From Ancylonema sp. (lineage: Eukaryota), in the NCBI GenBank assembly GCA_050230475.1, contig JBFLGF010000151.1, positions 1 to 64,000 of the forward strand: DNA of 64,000 nt, in the 5' to 3' direction. Within the stretch, counting starts at the first letter, position 1; the number at the start of each line of letters is the position of its first letter. Shown piece by piece: positions 36,026-49,827 of the stretch. The notes below the pieces were generated by a model. That model made no database searches. It saw nothing but the letters and a program-made list of their open reading frames with translations, and had not been told where the DNA came from. Position numbers and translations under genes: made by a program.

Positions 36026-39000
36026 TGTGAACGCCATATTGACGTCCACTCTTGTCACAACTCTTAACTCACTCAAATACACGAATAGTGTATTTGACAA
36101 AGCTTCTTTCTCATAAAAGCAAGTGAAAAACAACACCGGAGACGAATTGTCACTATAGTGGTTCGGTAAGCGAATCTTGTTCCGCTAGCCAAAATTATGA
36201 CCTTGGAACACGCAACCGAGTCCAAAGCATTCCTAAATGTCTTACGACCCTTGATACATCGTACGATCAATCTAAACCCGATCATACACAATCTTCATAA
36301 GTACACACGCGCGCGCCAAGTAAAGCTACGCCGTCGCCACGTTGTCACTGACACAAAATCTCCGATACATTATTCTAACCAACCGTACCACTCATATAAC
36401 AAACCAAAATAACATGCGTCACAATACTACCTATCTCCGATATAAGCACCAAACACATTTTGTTCATTTCATAGACGCACACTCACACACAAAAACCAAA
36501 AGCGTTCTCGAACACACCAAGAGTTCCCGTCAAACCTAATTGGCAACTTTGGCCACCTTAAAGTTGAATACTAATTTAATATTTAATATACATTGCAGCA
36601 CATATCTCACAATCCCCCTCCCTGCAACATCGACAACATTAAATAAATTTCTTAGCCACTTGGCCGCCATTCCAACTAGTCCCTTGCAAACTTTCAGAAT
36701 TCCTACTCCGACATTTTTTGTCATCATGTCGGCAGCAATTTAAACCAGGTATCAATTTTACAACAGCTCAATCAACCCCTCATCAACCCTATCTCGAAGT
36801 GAATGATATTTAATGCGAACGTGCTTCGAGCGCTGATGAAATTACAGGATTCATGGCCAACTTCAAAGAAGATTCATTGTCCCCAAGCAATAAAACACTC
36901 ATCTTCCCAATTTTCATTTCGCCCTGAAGTTGATTGAGGTACACAGCCTCATTTCCAGCTTCACTCAGTCCCACATATTCACTCTCACAACTGTGAGTAA
37001 CAAGTTTTTCATCATCGATGATCGCCAGCTGACAGCAGCTCCAGCACTCAGAAACACATATCCACTTCGTCCTCTGGATGTCTCCCTCTCCCCAGCATGA
37101 CCAGAATCTGAATAGCCCCACACCTCGACTTGTGCCCCTCGTTTGTACATCAGCCCCTCTCCCACTGTACCACTCAAGTACCGTAACACACGCTTCACCC
37201 CCTCCCAATGTGTGACACCCGGATTCTGGATTGAACTTACTCAGTTCTGACACTGCAGCTGCCAGATCGGGTCGTGTGCATGTGGCAGATACATAAGACT
37301 GCCGATGGCCGACCTGTAAGGAATGTTCTCCATCGCCCTACTTCTCCTCCGACAGGTTTCTGGGAACTGTCGAGCTGAATCCCCAGCTCAAGCGGTGTCG
37401 ACACTGGCTTACACCCCACACCACCCACCCCTCCATGTTGAAGCGCTTAACAACATTCCGAGCGTACCGCTCTTGTGCCAGAAAGACATCCCCATTGACC
37501 TGTCTCCTGATTTCAATTCCCAGCAAAAATCGTGCCTCCCCTAGATCTTTCATTTTGAACTGTGTGCAGAGTCACCTCTCCCCAACTTTTTCCCCACCAA
37601 AAATAAATCATCGACATACAGTGCAATGTACACCGCATCTCCCCCTCCCCCTTTCACGTATATCCCGAAATCAGACTTTAGACGGAAAGTTGAACCCCAG
37701 CTGCTTCAGAACAGAATCGATGGAGGATGTTCCACTGTCGTGGAAGGACTGCCTTTAGTCCAAGAAAGGCACTTCAGCAGTCTCATTACCTTCCCCTCGC
37801 TTCCTGAAAAGCACTATACCCTCTGGTTGCTCCATGTACACTTCCTCATCGAGAGGAGCATAAAGGAAAGCCGTCGTAACATCCATTTGATGCATTTTCA
37901 TCCCCTTTGAAGCCCCCAGAGCCACCATCTGTCGAATGCTCTCGAATCTGACTGTAGGACTGAAGGTCTGATCGTAGTCGACACCCTCCACCTGACTGTA
38001 CCCCTTTGCCACTACTCTCGCCTTGTATTTTTCTATCTCCCCTTTTTCAGTGGTCTTCACCCTGAGAACCCACTTTGACTTCACCACTTTCTTCCCCTTA
38101 GGCCTGTCGACAAGCTCATACACACCATTTTCTCTTAGGCTTTCCATTTCGCTGTTCATTGCCTGTTGCCACTTTTTCCTGTGAGGTCCCTGAAGAGCTT
38201 CCTGAACTGACTCTGGACTTTGTTTGACCTCCTCATCCGCAGCAGTAGCCAGATACGCCCCTCGATGAATCGCAGGTGGAACCCCTCGGTTTTCCCTGTT
38301 GCTGTGTCTGGGCTCACTAGCCTCCTGAGTTTCCCCCCCCCACATCAGAAATTGGTACCTCATGTACGGACTTGGAGGAGCATCATCATCGGGTCCCCAG
38401 TCATCATCTTCCCCCCCTCCTTCATCGCCACCACCCTCTTCTTCATCGTCACTGCTGTCCTCCACCGAGACAGGCATTTCGAGCTGAAGATTCACGTCCC
38501 CCACAGAAAGTAACATCATCATTGAGATCTGGAAACCTAATCGGTTCTACATCGTCAAATTCTCCACCATCGACTGTTCTCCTCCACCAGCCAGCCTCGA
38601 CGTTTTCATCGACATCGGGAACTCCCACATTAAACACCTTCCCCCTCACTGGATCCCAGACTCGATATCCGACACTCCCAACAAGATATCCAACGACTAC
38701 CCCCTCCCACTTCTTTACTCCCATCTTCCCCTTCCTCTTGAACTTCTCCATCGAAACGTAGGCTTTGCTCCCATAAGCTCTTAGACGTTTGATCGTTGGA
38801 GTGCTGCCCGACCAGATTTCATCTGGAGTCTTACTCAAACCGGTCACTGGTCCTCTGTTTCGAATGTATGATGCAGTTGGGATTGCCTCCACCCAGAACC
38901 CCCCTCCTAAACCAGCACCCACCAACATGGATCTTGCCCTATCCTGCAGCGTGCGATTCATTCGCTCAGCAATCCCATTGCTCTGCGGTGAACGTGCTGG

Positions 39001-42000
39001 AATGGTCTGATGAAGAATACCATGCTCCCTAAACCAAGTCTCAAGTGCTGCATCGACGTATTCTCCCCCATTGTCTGACCTGATTTTCTTGACCCTCCTC
39101 CCACTCTGATTTTCGTTTACTGTGATCCACTCCTTGAGAGCAACCTTAGTGTCGCTTTTCAGTCGAAGTGGCACCGTCCAGGACTTCCGACTGAAATCAT
39201 CGATGATCACCAAGTTGTACTGACTGCCTCCTCCCCTTATTGCCTTCGGATTGAAGGGGCCAGCGATATCCGTATGAACTAACTCAAGAGGCTCCTTCGC
39301 CCTGTACTCTTCTGTGCTTTCCTTGGATGTGATTTCTCGCTGGACTTCCCCAACTTACAACCTCGACACATTCCAAAGTCCCTTTGATCCCCCTCTTCCA
39401 ATCCCCCTCGCCAGCTGCTCTCGCACTAACCTCTCCATTCCCCCCTGAGATGTGTGCCCAAGCCTTCTATGAAGTTTGTGGACGCCATTGTGACGTCCAC
39501 TCAACTCAACTCTTTACACTTGAGTAATACCCAACTCAAACTCAGAACTCTACTCTTACTCAGATTGAGATCAACACAAACTCAGACTCAGACTCATTCA
39601 CATACTCATTAAACTCATTCACATATGGCGCAGCTCATAGACATAGCTTCTTTCATATAAAAGCAAGTGAAAACAACACCGGAGAAGAATTGTACCTATA
39701 CCCATTGTATGAGAAAATCTCAATCAACTAGCCAAAAGTAAGACCTTGTCTTGTGTCATCAAGTTGACAATATCTCCAAATGACTACTGACCCTAGATTA
39801 ACCGAACGAGTAAATCTAATTCGTCAACTATTGAAGTTATTGCGCGCCGAGCCAATAACGCGACTACTGCACATTTCACTACACACGTCATACTTTTCTA
39901 CCGATACAACTAATCATTCTAAACAAGAGCGAAAAACAACACGTGTCATTATTCTAAATATTCCAAAGACAAAACGTCACTTCAAGTCATAGACGCGAAT
40001 AACCAAAAACACGAAAACCGAACCAAAAACCAAAAGCGTCAAAGAACCGCGCACTATTATTACGGCTTTTACAACTCGCGGTTACAGCAACTTTGGTCGA
40101 ACTAATTAACACATCATTAATATACAAATATGTTGCAGAAAATAAAAATACTCCACATGAAGCAACTCCATGCTTATCCCTTTTACCCCAAATACCACTC
40201 CCTCCATTTCCTCAGGACCATTGAGTGCCTCACAGATTAAGGTAGGTTTCGCCTTCAGCGACTCTCTCATTGTTGCTATTTGCTCCCCTTCTCTGTTCAG
40301 GATGGGAATCACTTTCCCAGGCTGAGGCTTTCCATTGAAAGCATAGCTACACTCCCCCTTGTCACGTATGCACTGAAGCGAGAAGATATTCACATTCATC
40401 CCTGGCAGAAACAACACCTCATGAAGCTCAAGCACACCCTTCACTCCATCCCCCTTGTCGGTGGAAAGGCGCACTACTCCCCATCTAGTTATCGCCACCT
40501 TTCCTTTGATCTGCTTGACATGAAATGTTGATGGAATGTCTTCAATGAAGTCGAACACATTTATGTCACCCGACATGTGATAGTCAGCTCCACTATCGCA
40601 AATCCACTCCCTTTCTTCTCCATCACCATATCCGATGCCCACGTTGATCTCCCCAATCAGCACCTCAGCATGTCCCTGATCTTCCCCATCTGTCCCTTCC
40701 CCAAATTTCCCTTGACCTCTCCTTGCACTACCAGCACCTCGAACCCTTGTACCTGTACCACCGGCTTTTCCTCCCCTTGCTGCCCCATTTGGCTTTGCTG
40801 TAGCATGTTTGCTCAATGTGTCCTACTCCCCCGCACCATGTACAGACGCTATCCTTCTTCGGGCACTCTCTACTCCAATGGTCCGACTCACCGCACCTGA
40901 AACAATTCTATGACTTCCCTTCGCTTCCTCTACCGACGCCTCGACCACTGAAATTTCCCCTTCCTCTTCCCCTAAAGCTTCCTGGCCTCTTGTGGACTGA
41001 TAGTAGACTTCTGTTGCCATTGCTGACGCTTTAGACTGTAATGCCCTTCTCTTCTCTGTAGTCTCTATATCATACATTCGATCCCAGATGTATTCTATGG
41101 GAGGAGCTGGAGTTTGCGCAAAGTATGATTCACGGAGTATATCATACTTTTCTGGTAGAGCACCAAGGAGTGTTTACAGCCGATCATTTGCTCCTATCAT
41201 ACCACCTACTGTCACCTTTCGCAAGAGCTCATTGTACCTCTGCTTGATGGTAAGAAAGGACTCATCACCACTGATTACGAAGGTAAGAAACTCTGTACGC
41301 GCTGAAGATCGCTGCGCGGGTGTCACTGTGTTGTAATCTGCTCCAAGTTGTGCCCACATCAAAACAGGATTGTTGTTGCCATGAACGTCGAGACTCATCA
41401 CAATACTGTCATCCACTGTTTGTGTGATAAGTGACGCAGCCTTCTTTGACCTCTTTCTCCACTCCTTAATTTCGAGGTGTCTTTTCTCGACCTCCGCGGT
41501 ATTAACTGGATCATTCGCAGCATCTAGAACTTCTGCAGCAATTTCCGTAGGCTCCATTTCTGTACCGTTTACTATTTCCAGGCAATCCTCCGCATCCAGG
41601 ATTGTTGTAAGCTTTGTTCGCCATGGACCGTAAAATGAAGCGTCCTTCAACACTATTTTTTTTACGTACTCTAAGGATCCCGAGCCAGAGGCTCTGATAC
41701 CACTTGTGTACGCCATAATGACGTCCACTCTTGTCACAACTCTTAACTCACTCAAATACACGAATAGTGCTCAATGACTATTTAACACGTACTCAAACTC
41801 TTTTGCGCATTCACATTCACTTCGAAACTCATACTCATTGTACGCGACACATAGACAAAGCTTCTTTCTCATAAAAGCAAGTAAAAAACAACACCGGAGA
41901 AGAATTGTCACTATAGTGGTTCGGTAAGCGAATCTTGTTCCGCTAGCCAAAAGTATTGACCTTGGAACACGCAACCGAGTCCAAAGCATTCCTAAATGAC

Positions 42001-42273
42001 TTACGACCCTTGATACATCGAACGATCAATCTAAACCCGATCATACACAATCTTCATAAGTACACACGCGTCAAAATAACACGCGTCACAATACTACCTA
42101 TCTCCGATATAAGCACCAAACACATTTTGTTCATTTCATATACGCACTCTCACACACAAAAACCAAAAGCGTTCTCGAACACAACAAGAGTTCTCGTCAA
42201 ACCTAATTGGCAACTTTGGCCACCTAAAAGTTGAATACTAATTTAATATACAAGTTGCAGCACATATCTCACA
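36026..42273 (-). mobile_element. Full-length degenerate Ty1/Copia element; LTRs 36026-36611 and 41705-42273
   Basis: TSD ACCAC on both sides; iMet PBS TGGTATCAGAGC; PPT at 36613-36624; gag, WICDSGA protease, integrase (IRSDNGGEY, SNGIAERMNRTL), RT (YKARVVAKGYSQ, HQMDVTTAFL), RNase H (GYSDS, DNES). Confidence 0.97.
39477..40157 (-). mobile_element. Solo LTR of a related Copia family nested in the Copia GAG-pre-integrase region
   Basis: TGTGGA...TCCACA ends; TSD TGAAG (39470-39474 and 40158-40162); splits MELLH|RRLGH; similar to host LTRs. Confidence 0.9.
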
Positions 42274-43579
42274 ACCACTTCAAATTGTGGACGTTGTATG
42301 TGGTGGGTGGGTGTGCGTATAACTCGATTTGGCGCGACAGTGCATATTTCTTGAATGTTGTCGAACAAAAGTAATAGAAAAGTGTATGTGAAGCAAGGGT
42401 TCTTCGTATGATGGGTTTAACCACGGAAGCACATCATTTGACGCGAAAAATATTTGCACAAAGATGTGTGTGCTTGTGCTGAATGTCATGCACAACCACA
42501 CACGTCTTGCGCTTGTTGCCACGACAACCCATCAACTATTTTATTTCGCGAGATCAAATTCCGAATGCAAAGTTTGGAGTGTATATTGCTAGATTCCGAC
42601 AATTGGTTTGACCATGAAAGCTTTCTAACCACAATTATTTTGTTTTTCAGGATGAGAATGTTCAGTCATATTCACAACATTGGTATGTCTCACTAACCTA
42701 CCTTTCAAAAGAATTTGTAGACATCACATATTGAATGGCGTCAAATGTATCCAATGTCGTTAAATGCTCGCGTTACAACTATCTAGAGATGTGAGTGACA
42801 ATGGGACAATGTCTGCTTTCAATTCGGAGATTCCGTTGCCTTTACATCGGAAATATATCCAGCTAAGAAAAAAATCATATCATGCACCATACATATTCTC
42901 TTATTCTTTGTCAGCAATTGAATGAATGAAGAATGAATGAAGAATAAGAACTCTCCAGGTTTCGAAGTAATAACTTTCGAATGAAGAATGCTGTCAATCT
43001 GGTTCACTTTGTAAATGTATTAACTGCAGTTTACATACAACACTAAGCCTACCAAAAACACATGCACACCATGCCTTTCACCAGAATCACTAGTTCATTT
43101 TCCAAAATCATTTGAAAAAATCACCTCCCATTCCCGATTGTACCATATCGGAGGGGCCACAATGATGTCTCACACACCACACAAACCTCAGCATCAACCT
43201 TGTACATCAGCAGGACCTTTTAAAATCAGCAAGTCGCTTGTTTCGACAATCTAAAAGAAGAATTAAAGGACCACGTGCTACGGCACTTTAACAGTAATCC
43301 TCAATGTTTGGATTTGACACATTCTTGCACTTCAAACTTCTTGCTGTTTTATGTACAAAAGTGTGAGTAACTGACTTCAGGCCCTTGAGCACAATTTTTG
43401 CATACCATCAAAACAACCTACAAGCAGATGCATCATCACCGAGACATTCTCTTTCGCACCTATATCATTTCAGGCAAGATCCATCCTGTATCCACTCCTT
43501 TGAAACCAGCTGCTTCCTCAATCTCTATGTCACTGTGGATGTCAAATAAGACTGATAATTCCTTTCCAGAAGTGGGGGC

Positions 43580-44221
43580 TTAGTGTCTATTATAGGTGCC
43601 ACTTACCACGCAGTAAGCACAAACCAATCGCTGTGAGATGTAAACCAGAACAGCAAATGAAAGGCATACAAGGGTTACATCGCGTATATCCCCATGCTCC
43701 CTCGGTGCCAAAAATGTTGCCACTTCATCTATCAGCTTGGCCAGATTTCGAGGCCGCCCCTCGGTAGACGGTGGTGTATCCCCTGATGATGAGGCGGACG
43801 GATTTAAATCCACAGTCTGATACGTTGATGATTCGTCGGAAGGGAACCCAAGCTGGGAGGATTTTGGGATGCTGTCTGCCGCATTCGCACAGACGGAGGT
43901 CGGAGACGCTGTGGCCTCCGCATGCTTTTTCTGCTCGTCCGCATACTTCTCAAGACGGCTGAGAACAGATCGTGAGGACTTGTCGAGTTCGGATTTTGGG
44001 TTTGATTGCCTGGTAGAACTACAAGCTATTCGAGTAACAGGTACACTGCATATCCTATGCCCCTGCCGGATCAAGAAGCAGTTGCTGATACCAGTTGGCC
44101 AGTGCGTTGCGCGACGTACTGATGTATCACCTCGCACATACATCGGAGCTCTGCATACTGTCGAATGGGCGGAATTCGTGGTAGTGGTGGACAGGTTTAA
44201 GCGAGATCTAAGAACTGCCAT
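43580..44221 (-). CDS. Protein of unknown function, copy 1; Ser/Thr-rich transit-peptide-like N-terminus and C-terminal hydrophobic helix
   Basis: ORF stays open in both diverged copies with an in-frame indel; C-terminus GDIRDVTLVCLSFAVLVYISQRLVCAYC is invariant. Confidence 0.7.
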   Translation of the reverse strand: MAVLRSRLNLSTTTTNSAHSTVCRAPMYVRGDTSVRRATHWPTGISNCFLIRQGHRICSVPVTRIACSSTRQSNPKSELDKSSRSVLSRLEKYADEQKKHAEATASPTSVCANAADSIPKSSQLGFPSDESSTYQTVDLNPSASSSGDTPPSTEGRPRNLAKLIDEVATFLAPREHGDIRDVTLVCLSFAVLVYISQRLVCAYCVVSGTYNRH

Positions 44222-44720
44222 AACTCTGCCAGGCAACACACACACCCTTGTGAGTTAAGAACTGTTGCACTTTCTGATAGAGGGCATGGCATGCTGTTCA
44301 TGTGAAGCCATTGATGTATTGCATCCGCCAGATTTATGCATGGCCTATTATTTGACAATCTTCTTTTCTCATGACATTTGATTGCGTCCGTGTATTATGC
44401 ATGCGGATCCAAGTCGTACGTCATCCACCTCAAAACGTTATGCATCTGCGAGGACTGCTTCTGGAGTGGAGACGGGCGCCTCGTCAACAGTCGTTGTAAT
44501 GATCTGGGACTCGTTTTTCCAGGTCTTCAGGGAATGTTCGATACAACAACTCGAAACACGTACAACCTGTGCTCCAACAGAATTTCAGCAATCAAGCTGC
44601 AATTGGTCAGAAGTACAAAAAATGACACGTTTCCATCGACACATAACTCACATCCGCACACACAATTTGTACGTCGGTCAATGTACGATCGTGCGCCTCC
44701 ATGGTGACTTGTGAGGGANA

Positions 44721-45206
44721 TGTGGCAGCGAGTCTGACCTGATTCAGTCGTACATTACGCGCATTGTGACGACTGATCCGCTCGGCCGATGGGGCGAGGC
44801 TAAGTGGATGGCGGTGCAGTCTATGATCGGTCACATTTCAAATAAGTTTGAAGACCCGTGGCTCTCGCACAGCTGGAATGAGTCGACTGGTGGGATGCGG
44901 CTAGCTTGGGTAAAAATGTGCTATTCATTGTGGGATTTACACGCTTTGGCATTCGTATTTCACCCCCATGCTGATATAAAACGAGTGACGAAAGAGCAAC
45001 ATTTCGACAGGAAGTACATGGAGTTGGTGGACTGCTGCAAAGATTCCGACATACCGCGCGGGTTTGAGGCGGCAAAAGTGGCGTTTATGACGCAGCCGAT
45101 GTTCAGCGTGAGAGACACAGTTGTACGAGGCCAGGTGTATCCTGGTTGGGGAAAGAGTCAGGTTGATAGGAGGGCTGCATTGTGGGTCGATATTTATAGC
45201 ACATAG
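44721..45206 (+). CDS. Partial duplicate (3' end) of the GIL1/IRKI-like gene
   Basis: Identical to 30282-30767; cut at the n at 44719. Confidence 0.6.
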   Translation, partial: CGSESDLIQSYITRIVTTDPLGRWGEAKWMAVQSMIGHISNKFEDPWLSHSWNESTGGMRLAWVKMCYSLWDLHALAFVFHPHADIKRVTKEQHFDRKYMELVDCCKDSDIPRGFEAAKVAFMTQPMFSVRDTVVRGQVYPGWGKSQVDRRAALWVDIYST

Positions 45207-47364
45207 GATTCTGTTTTGTCGGGTGTGTCGATGGGGTATTTTAACGTCATGTCGATGACAACATGTAGAGGGTGATGGAAACTTTCTTACCCGACGTTAG
45301 GTAGGATTTATTATTATTTCGCAAGCCAATGTGGTAGCCCCCTAGTCTGGGATCACCTTTTACTTACCGACATTGCGTAACAAACTGGAAAAAACAAGAT
45401 AAAGCATGGGTTAGATGACACTGCTCTTTCATTGGATCGGTGATATGCCATTGTGCCATCGAAGCGTGCATTGTTTTCGTGTATGCGCGTAAGTCGATGC
45501 GTTTCATGGATAGAGATACGAGATGTCTACAATGATATTATTATTTTAATAACAAATTTACCATGCGCTTCAGTTCATAAGTTCGGAACCCTGATTCAAA
45601 TATAGTTCGAACCGCACCCAGTTTGGTTCCATCTTGTTATGCACAAAAAGCCTAGGAATGATTGCTTGCTTATCACAGCGACATGAAAGGAATACCCATC
45701 ATCTGCACCGACCACCATTATTGGCTGCCCAAGCCGCTTCGCAATACGGCAACATTTGTTCTTTCCGAGACGATATCGTTGCTGAATTGTAAAATCGCCG
45801 ACTCGATCATCTGTCAATCTCACGCTATCGATCGCTTCGTGCGACAGTAATCCCATTTCATTCCCTTGTTACAGAAATGACAGCCGCAATCGGTTCCGAA
45901 ATGGCTGAGATTTAGACCGTATTGGGATGTTTAAGTTTCGCAATGACAACTCAAAAGAAAAGCAATATTTGGTGTTTGTTTCTAGCTTTGAAAGTTTTGG
46001 GGGGTCTCTGTGTCATCATCTTGCTGTGCGAACGCAGTTCAGATTCGTCCGAACCAAAGTTTAGTGGATCTGTGGTTATGTTCTACTATGAATATGTGGT
46101 ATCTAAAACATCGATGTCGTTGTCGTCGATAATGTGACGTTCAAGGATTTTCAGGTCGATGATAAACGTTGTAGATCACTCAGCCATGGATCACTCAGTT
46201 GTGCGTGGGGGTTTATCGTATCGCAGAAGGCCTGCCTTTTGTCGAATTGATCTTCGGTCCAAGTTGCACGTGCTATGGAATCCGAGCAAGCATCCGTCTT
46301 CTCAATTAAAATGGCCTTACTAAGTTTTGGAAGAAAATACATCTTGATCAGAGCATCATCAAGATTTTAGTGTAGGCTACCTTGAAAATCGATGCGCAAA
46401 TGCCTCATTGTTCTTTGACCCATGTTGATGTGTCGACAAAAGTGTGACATGTTAAGAAACTGATATTTTGACGATGTGCATCTGTTTGCTGACGTGGTAA
46501 ATTTATTTTGATACATACACATCCTTTTTACATCTCCCCCCTAATGTCTCTTTCTTAAGTAGCGCTTTTGGTGAGAGTTATATTAAAAATGATATCAAAT
46601 CTATTTTTTGGGGCGATTCGTATCAAAACCGATGAATTTGTAGACCATCAAGTTGGAAGACGTATGGAGGGATGGAGAGAGTACATCATTCGCTGTGTTT
46701 TAGCATTCAGATGTTGGGATGATTTCTGATATTTTGGATGGAATATATGCAACTTCATGAAGTGTACTTTTTGTTTTTCATGAGTAGACTAGTTGTGGAG
46801 AAGATTCCAGGTCAGCACTGAATACCGCATTGTACATATCCATGCATTTGTCGCAGTTGTAGCAGTTGTAGCCCATTCACGATCAGGGACTTAATTTCAC
46901 TCTTAGCCATAATACATTATTTTAAGCACAATTACTGATTTCAAGTCGGCTTGTGAGGGTTCGTGTCACCTCGCAACTGTCACGCTATTTACAAAAGGTC
47001 CCATGATGTTCTCAGTCTGGATTTTCGTGCATAGATTGCATGGCTTGTTGAAACTTCGTAATCACAATGAGTAAGAGAAAGGAATGACTTGTGTGACATG
47101 GGCGCTTCCTTGCCCACGGAGGCGCTGACATAGGGTTCACATCATCTCAACCATCAAGTGACATACTGCTCAAACCCTAAGCATCAAGCATTCCTGACGC
47201 GCGGATACAAGCACAACCCATTATACCCGTTGTACATATATACAATGAAACGGTGGGCTTGACAACTGTTCTAAAACGAGGCAATCCTCTTTCCGATAAT
47301 TTTCTTCATGATATTTTTTAAAAACTTTATATTTACAAATTCAGTGTATTTCCAGCACACGAAG

Positions 47365-49827
47365 TCATGCTGCGTCTGGATGAGTGCCATCCAAGCGCGA
47401 AATTTCGTCCAAATCCGAACTGGTCAAACCACACTCGAGTGCCTTCAAATTCGATTCGATCCGGTTCCTATCGTGAGATCGCGGAATCACCACTTGCTGA
47501 TCGCACATGGCCCATTTGAGGACCACCTGAAACACCCTCTCTTCCCCACAATTAAATCATTCTGATTTTATATCTTTCATTCCCAATTATATTGAATAAA
47601 TGGAGGCGGAGTGTATCACTCATCGTAACGCAAGTGATGGTATTGTGCATCATTTGCATACAGGTGCATGTCACGAGCCACAGCACAGACACCCTCCTCC
47701 TCTTCCCACACATTCACATTCGTTTTGCAGATACCTACGCTATGCTTGGACCTCCATGCCTTCAAAGTTGTGGTGTCTCCATCACAACTTTACTCGACAC
47801 AAACCCTATTCCGCACCCACAGTGAGGTGGCGGTACCTGAGCGGTCGAGCATCCCCGGGTGGCGGCCACTCGAGTGATAACCGGATGTGAGAGAACCGGA
47901 TTCCTCCCAGGTGTCGCCTTCCCCTTGAATTGCCACTGACTTCCGAGGGTGCTGTACCCCATGTACTGAATGCCTTGCTGGCGGCAGAACTCTCGCAGTG
48001 CTGCATTAGATTGGAGGGGGTCCGAGTGGCTTTTGCCACAGAGGGGGGAGGGGGAAGAGGTGAATATGGATGAGCAAGGGAAGGGGTGAGAGCAAACTAA
48101 GAGCCATCACACTTGTGCCTCTAAAAAGTACACTCCAGGCATTCGAACCCTGTTCGGGACAGCTGGTTTGGAACACGTTGAGGAGGCTCATAGGCCAAAA
48201 TCCGTACCAAGTTTCCGGCCCATCCTAACCCATCCCAACCCATCCCCGACCAGGGAACACGTGTGGTCACCTTTGCAGGATATGGGGGCGGACTCGAGCC
48301 ATTGCGAGTAGGGAGCGCATCTCCTCTTCCCCGAAGTTGCTCACCAACAAACCCCATCGACCAGGACCCGAGAACCCTAAAACCCTAATTTGTCACTGCC
48401 TCCCCTCACGTGGAATCCTCAACCCATCGTCTTCGCGTGCTTCACACAAGGCTCCACTGCCAGCATTCCCAGGGGGGGCGAATCTGCGATATCAGATGAG
48501 AGGAGTCCTGAGGACGCTCACCCCAATGCTGCGTATGAGGCCTTCATCGTACATCTCCTCCAGAGCTCGCCAGCTGCCCCCCCCACTCCCCTCACAACAT
48601 GTGTGGCTCACACGCAAGACTGTATTCCATCATCAGAGATCACAGGTTACGGATCGACTTCCCGAGCTAAGAACCCAAGTAAGGTCGTCACCTGTCTTGC
48701 CAGGTGGCGGTTGGGAGGGGTGGCCCCTCGGGACAGATGGCAGGGACGCAGGAGGGGTAGTGGAGCAGGAAGAGGTCCAGATACGATGTATTCAACTCCT
48801 TCAACGAGTTCTGGAAGCAATCTACGGCGGATTGGTACCCGTGATGACGCGGGTGGAGCTGTGGCACGGGGCAGAGGATGCAGGGTGAGGTTCACACTCG
48901 ACCGGAACCAGTTCCAGCCTCACCTTTGACACCAGGAAGAGGCTGTCTCGCGGCACAGAGGAGTGGCTGATGGCGGACCCCACCATGGCCTCCCGGTACC
49001 ACTCCTTGGCTTGCGCAGAGTCGATGAGACTGGCCGAGAGATTGTTTGGAATGGAGGCTTTGAGATATGGAACTGATCGGTGCTGGCATACCAAAACATC
49101 CCCTCATACAGGATCGCCTATGAAACATTCTGCCTGTAGAGAGCCCACATGCATACTGGGAGATACTGGGAGTGATTCCTCGTGTTTCACTCGTGGAAAC
49201 ACCGGATGAGCTGTCATTTGGTCATCAAACTGAGTTGATGCTTACCGATACCCTGCCTCAATCGCCCATGCGACTGCCACCTCAGTTTCTGGACCAAGAC
49301 CGGCCGTCCCGAATCCCAAACGAGGCACTGCAGGGTGAGGAGAAAAGGAGAGAGTCAGCACCGGCTGAAGAAATACGACTCTGACGTTTGACTTTGAGTT
49401 TTTGAGTTGGGACAACATCAGACTGTGAGACAAGCAAGCTGCAGGTGGGTCGTTGTAAATGGCGGATAGTCAAATGTTGCCTGCAGAGCCACTTCCAAAT
49501 GTAGGATGCGTGCTGACGAATTTGGAGCTTACTTGATACGCCATTACTCAATTTTGCAGTCTCGCTGACGTGCCAGTCGGAACTACTTTTCTCCCCTAGG
49601 CGCGTATCTGACACCTTGTTACTGTATCCAATTTCCTCTGCAGCTGTGTTCGATACAAGGGAGTCGAGTGACTTTCTATTCAGGCTAATGCGATGTTTAG
49701 GCGAGGAGCGCAGCGCAAATTGAAGGACGAGCAGAATCAGGGCACCGGCCGTTATCACGAGTGTGCTAATAGAAAGTTGAACGCATGGGGCGAATCGGGT
49801 AGATCGGACACGTCGGGCCGCCCTCAT
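47365..49827 (-). CDS. Aldo-keto reductase, copy 2
   Basis: Same exon set as copy 1 (GYRLIDSAQA). Confidence 0.88.
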
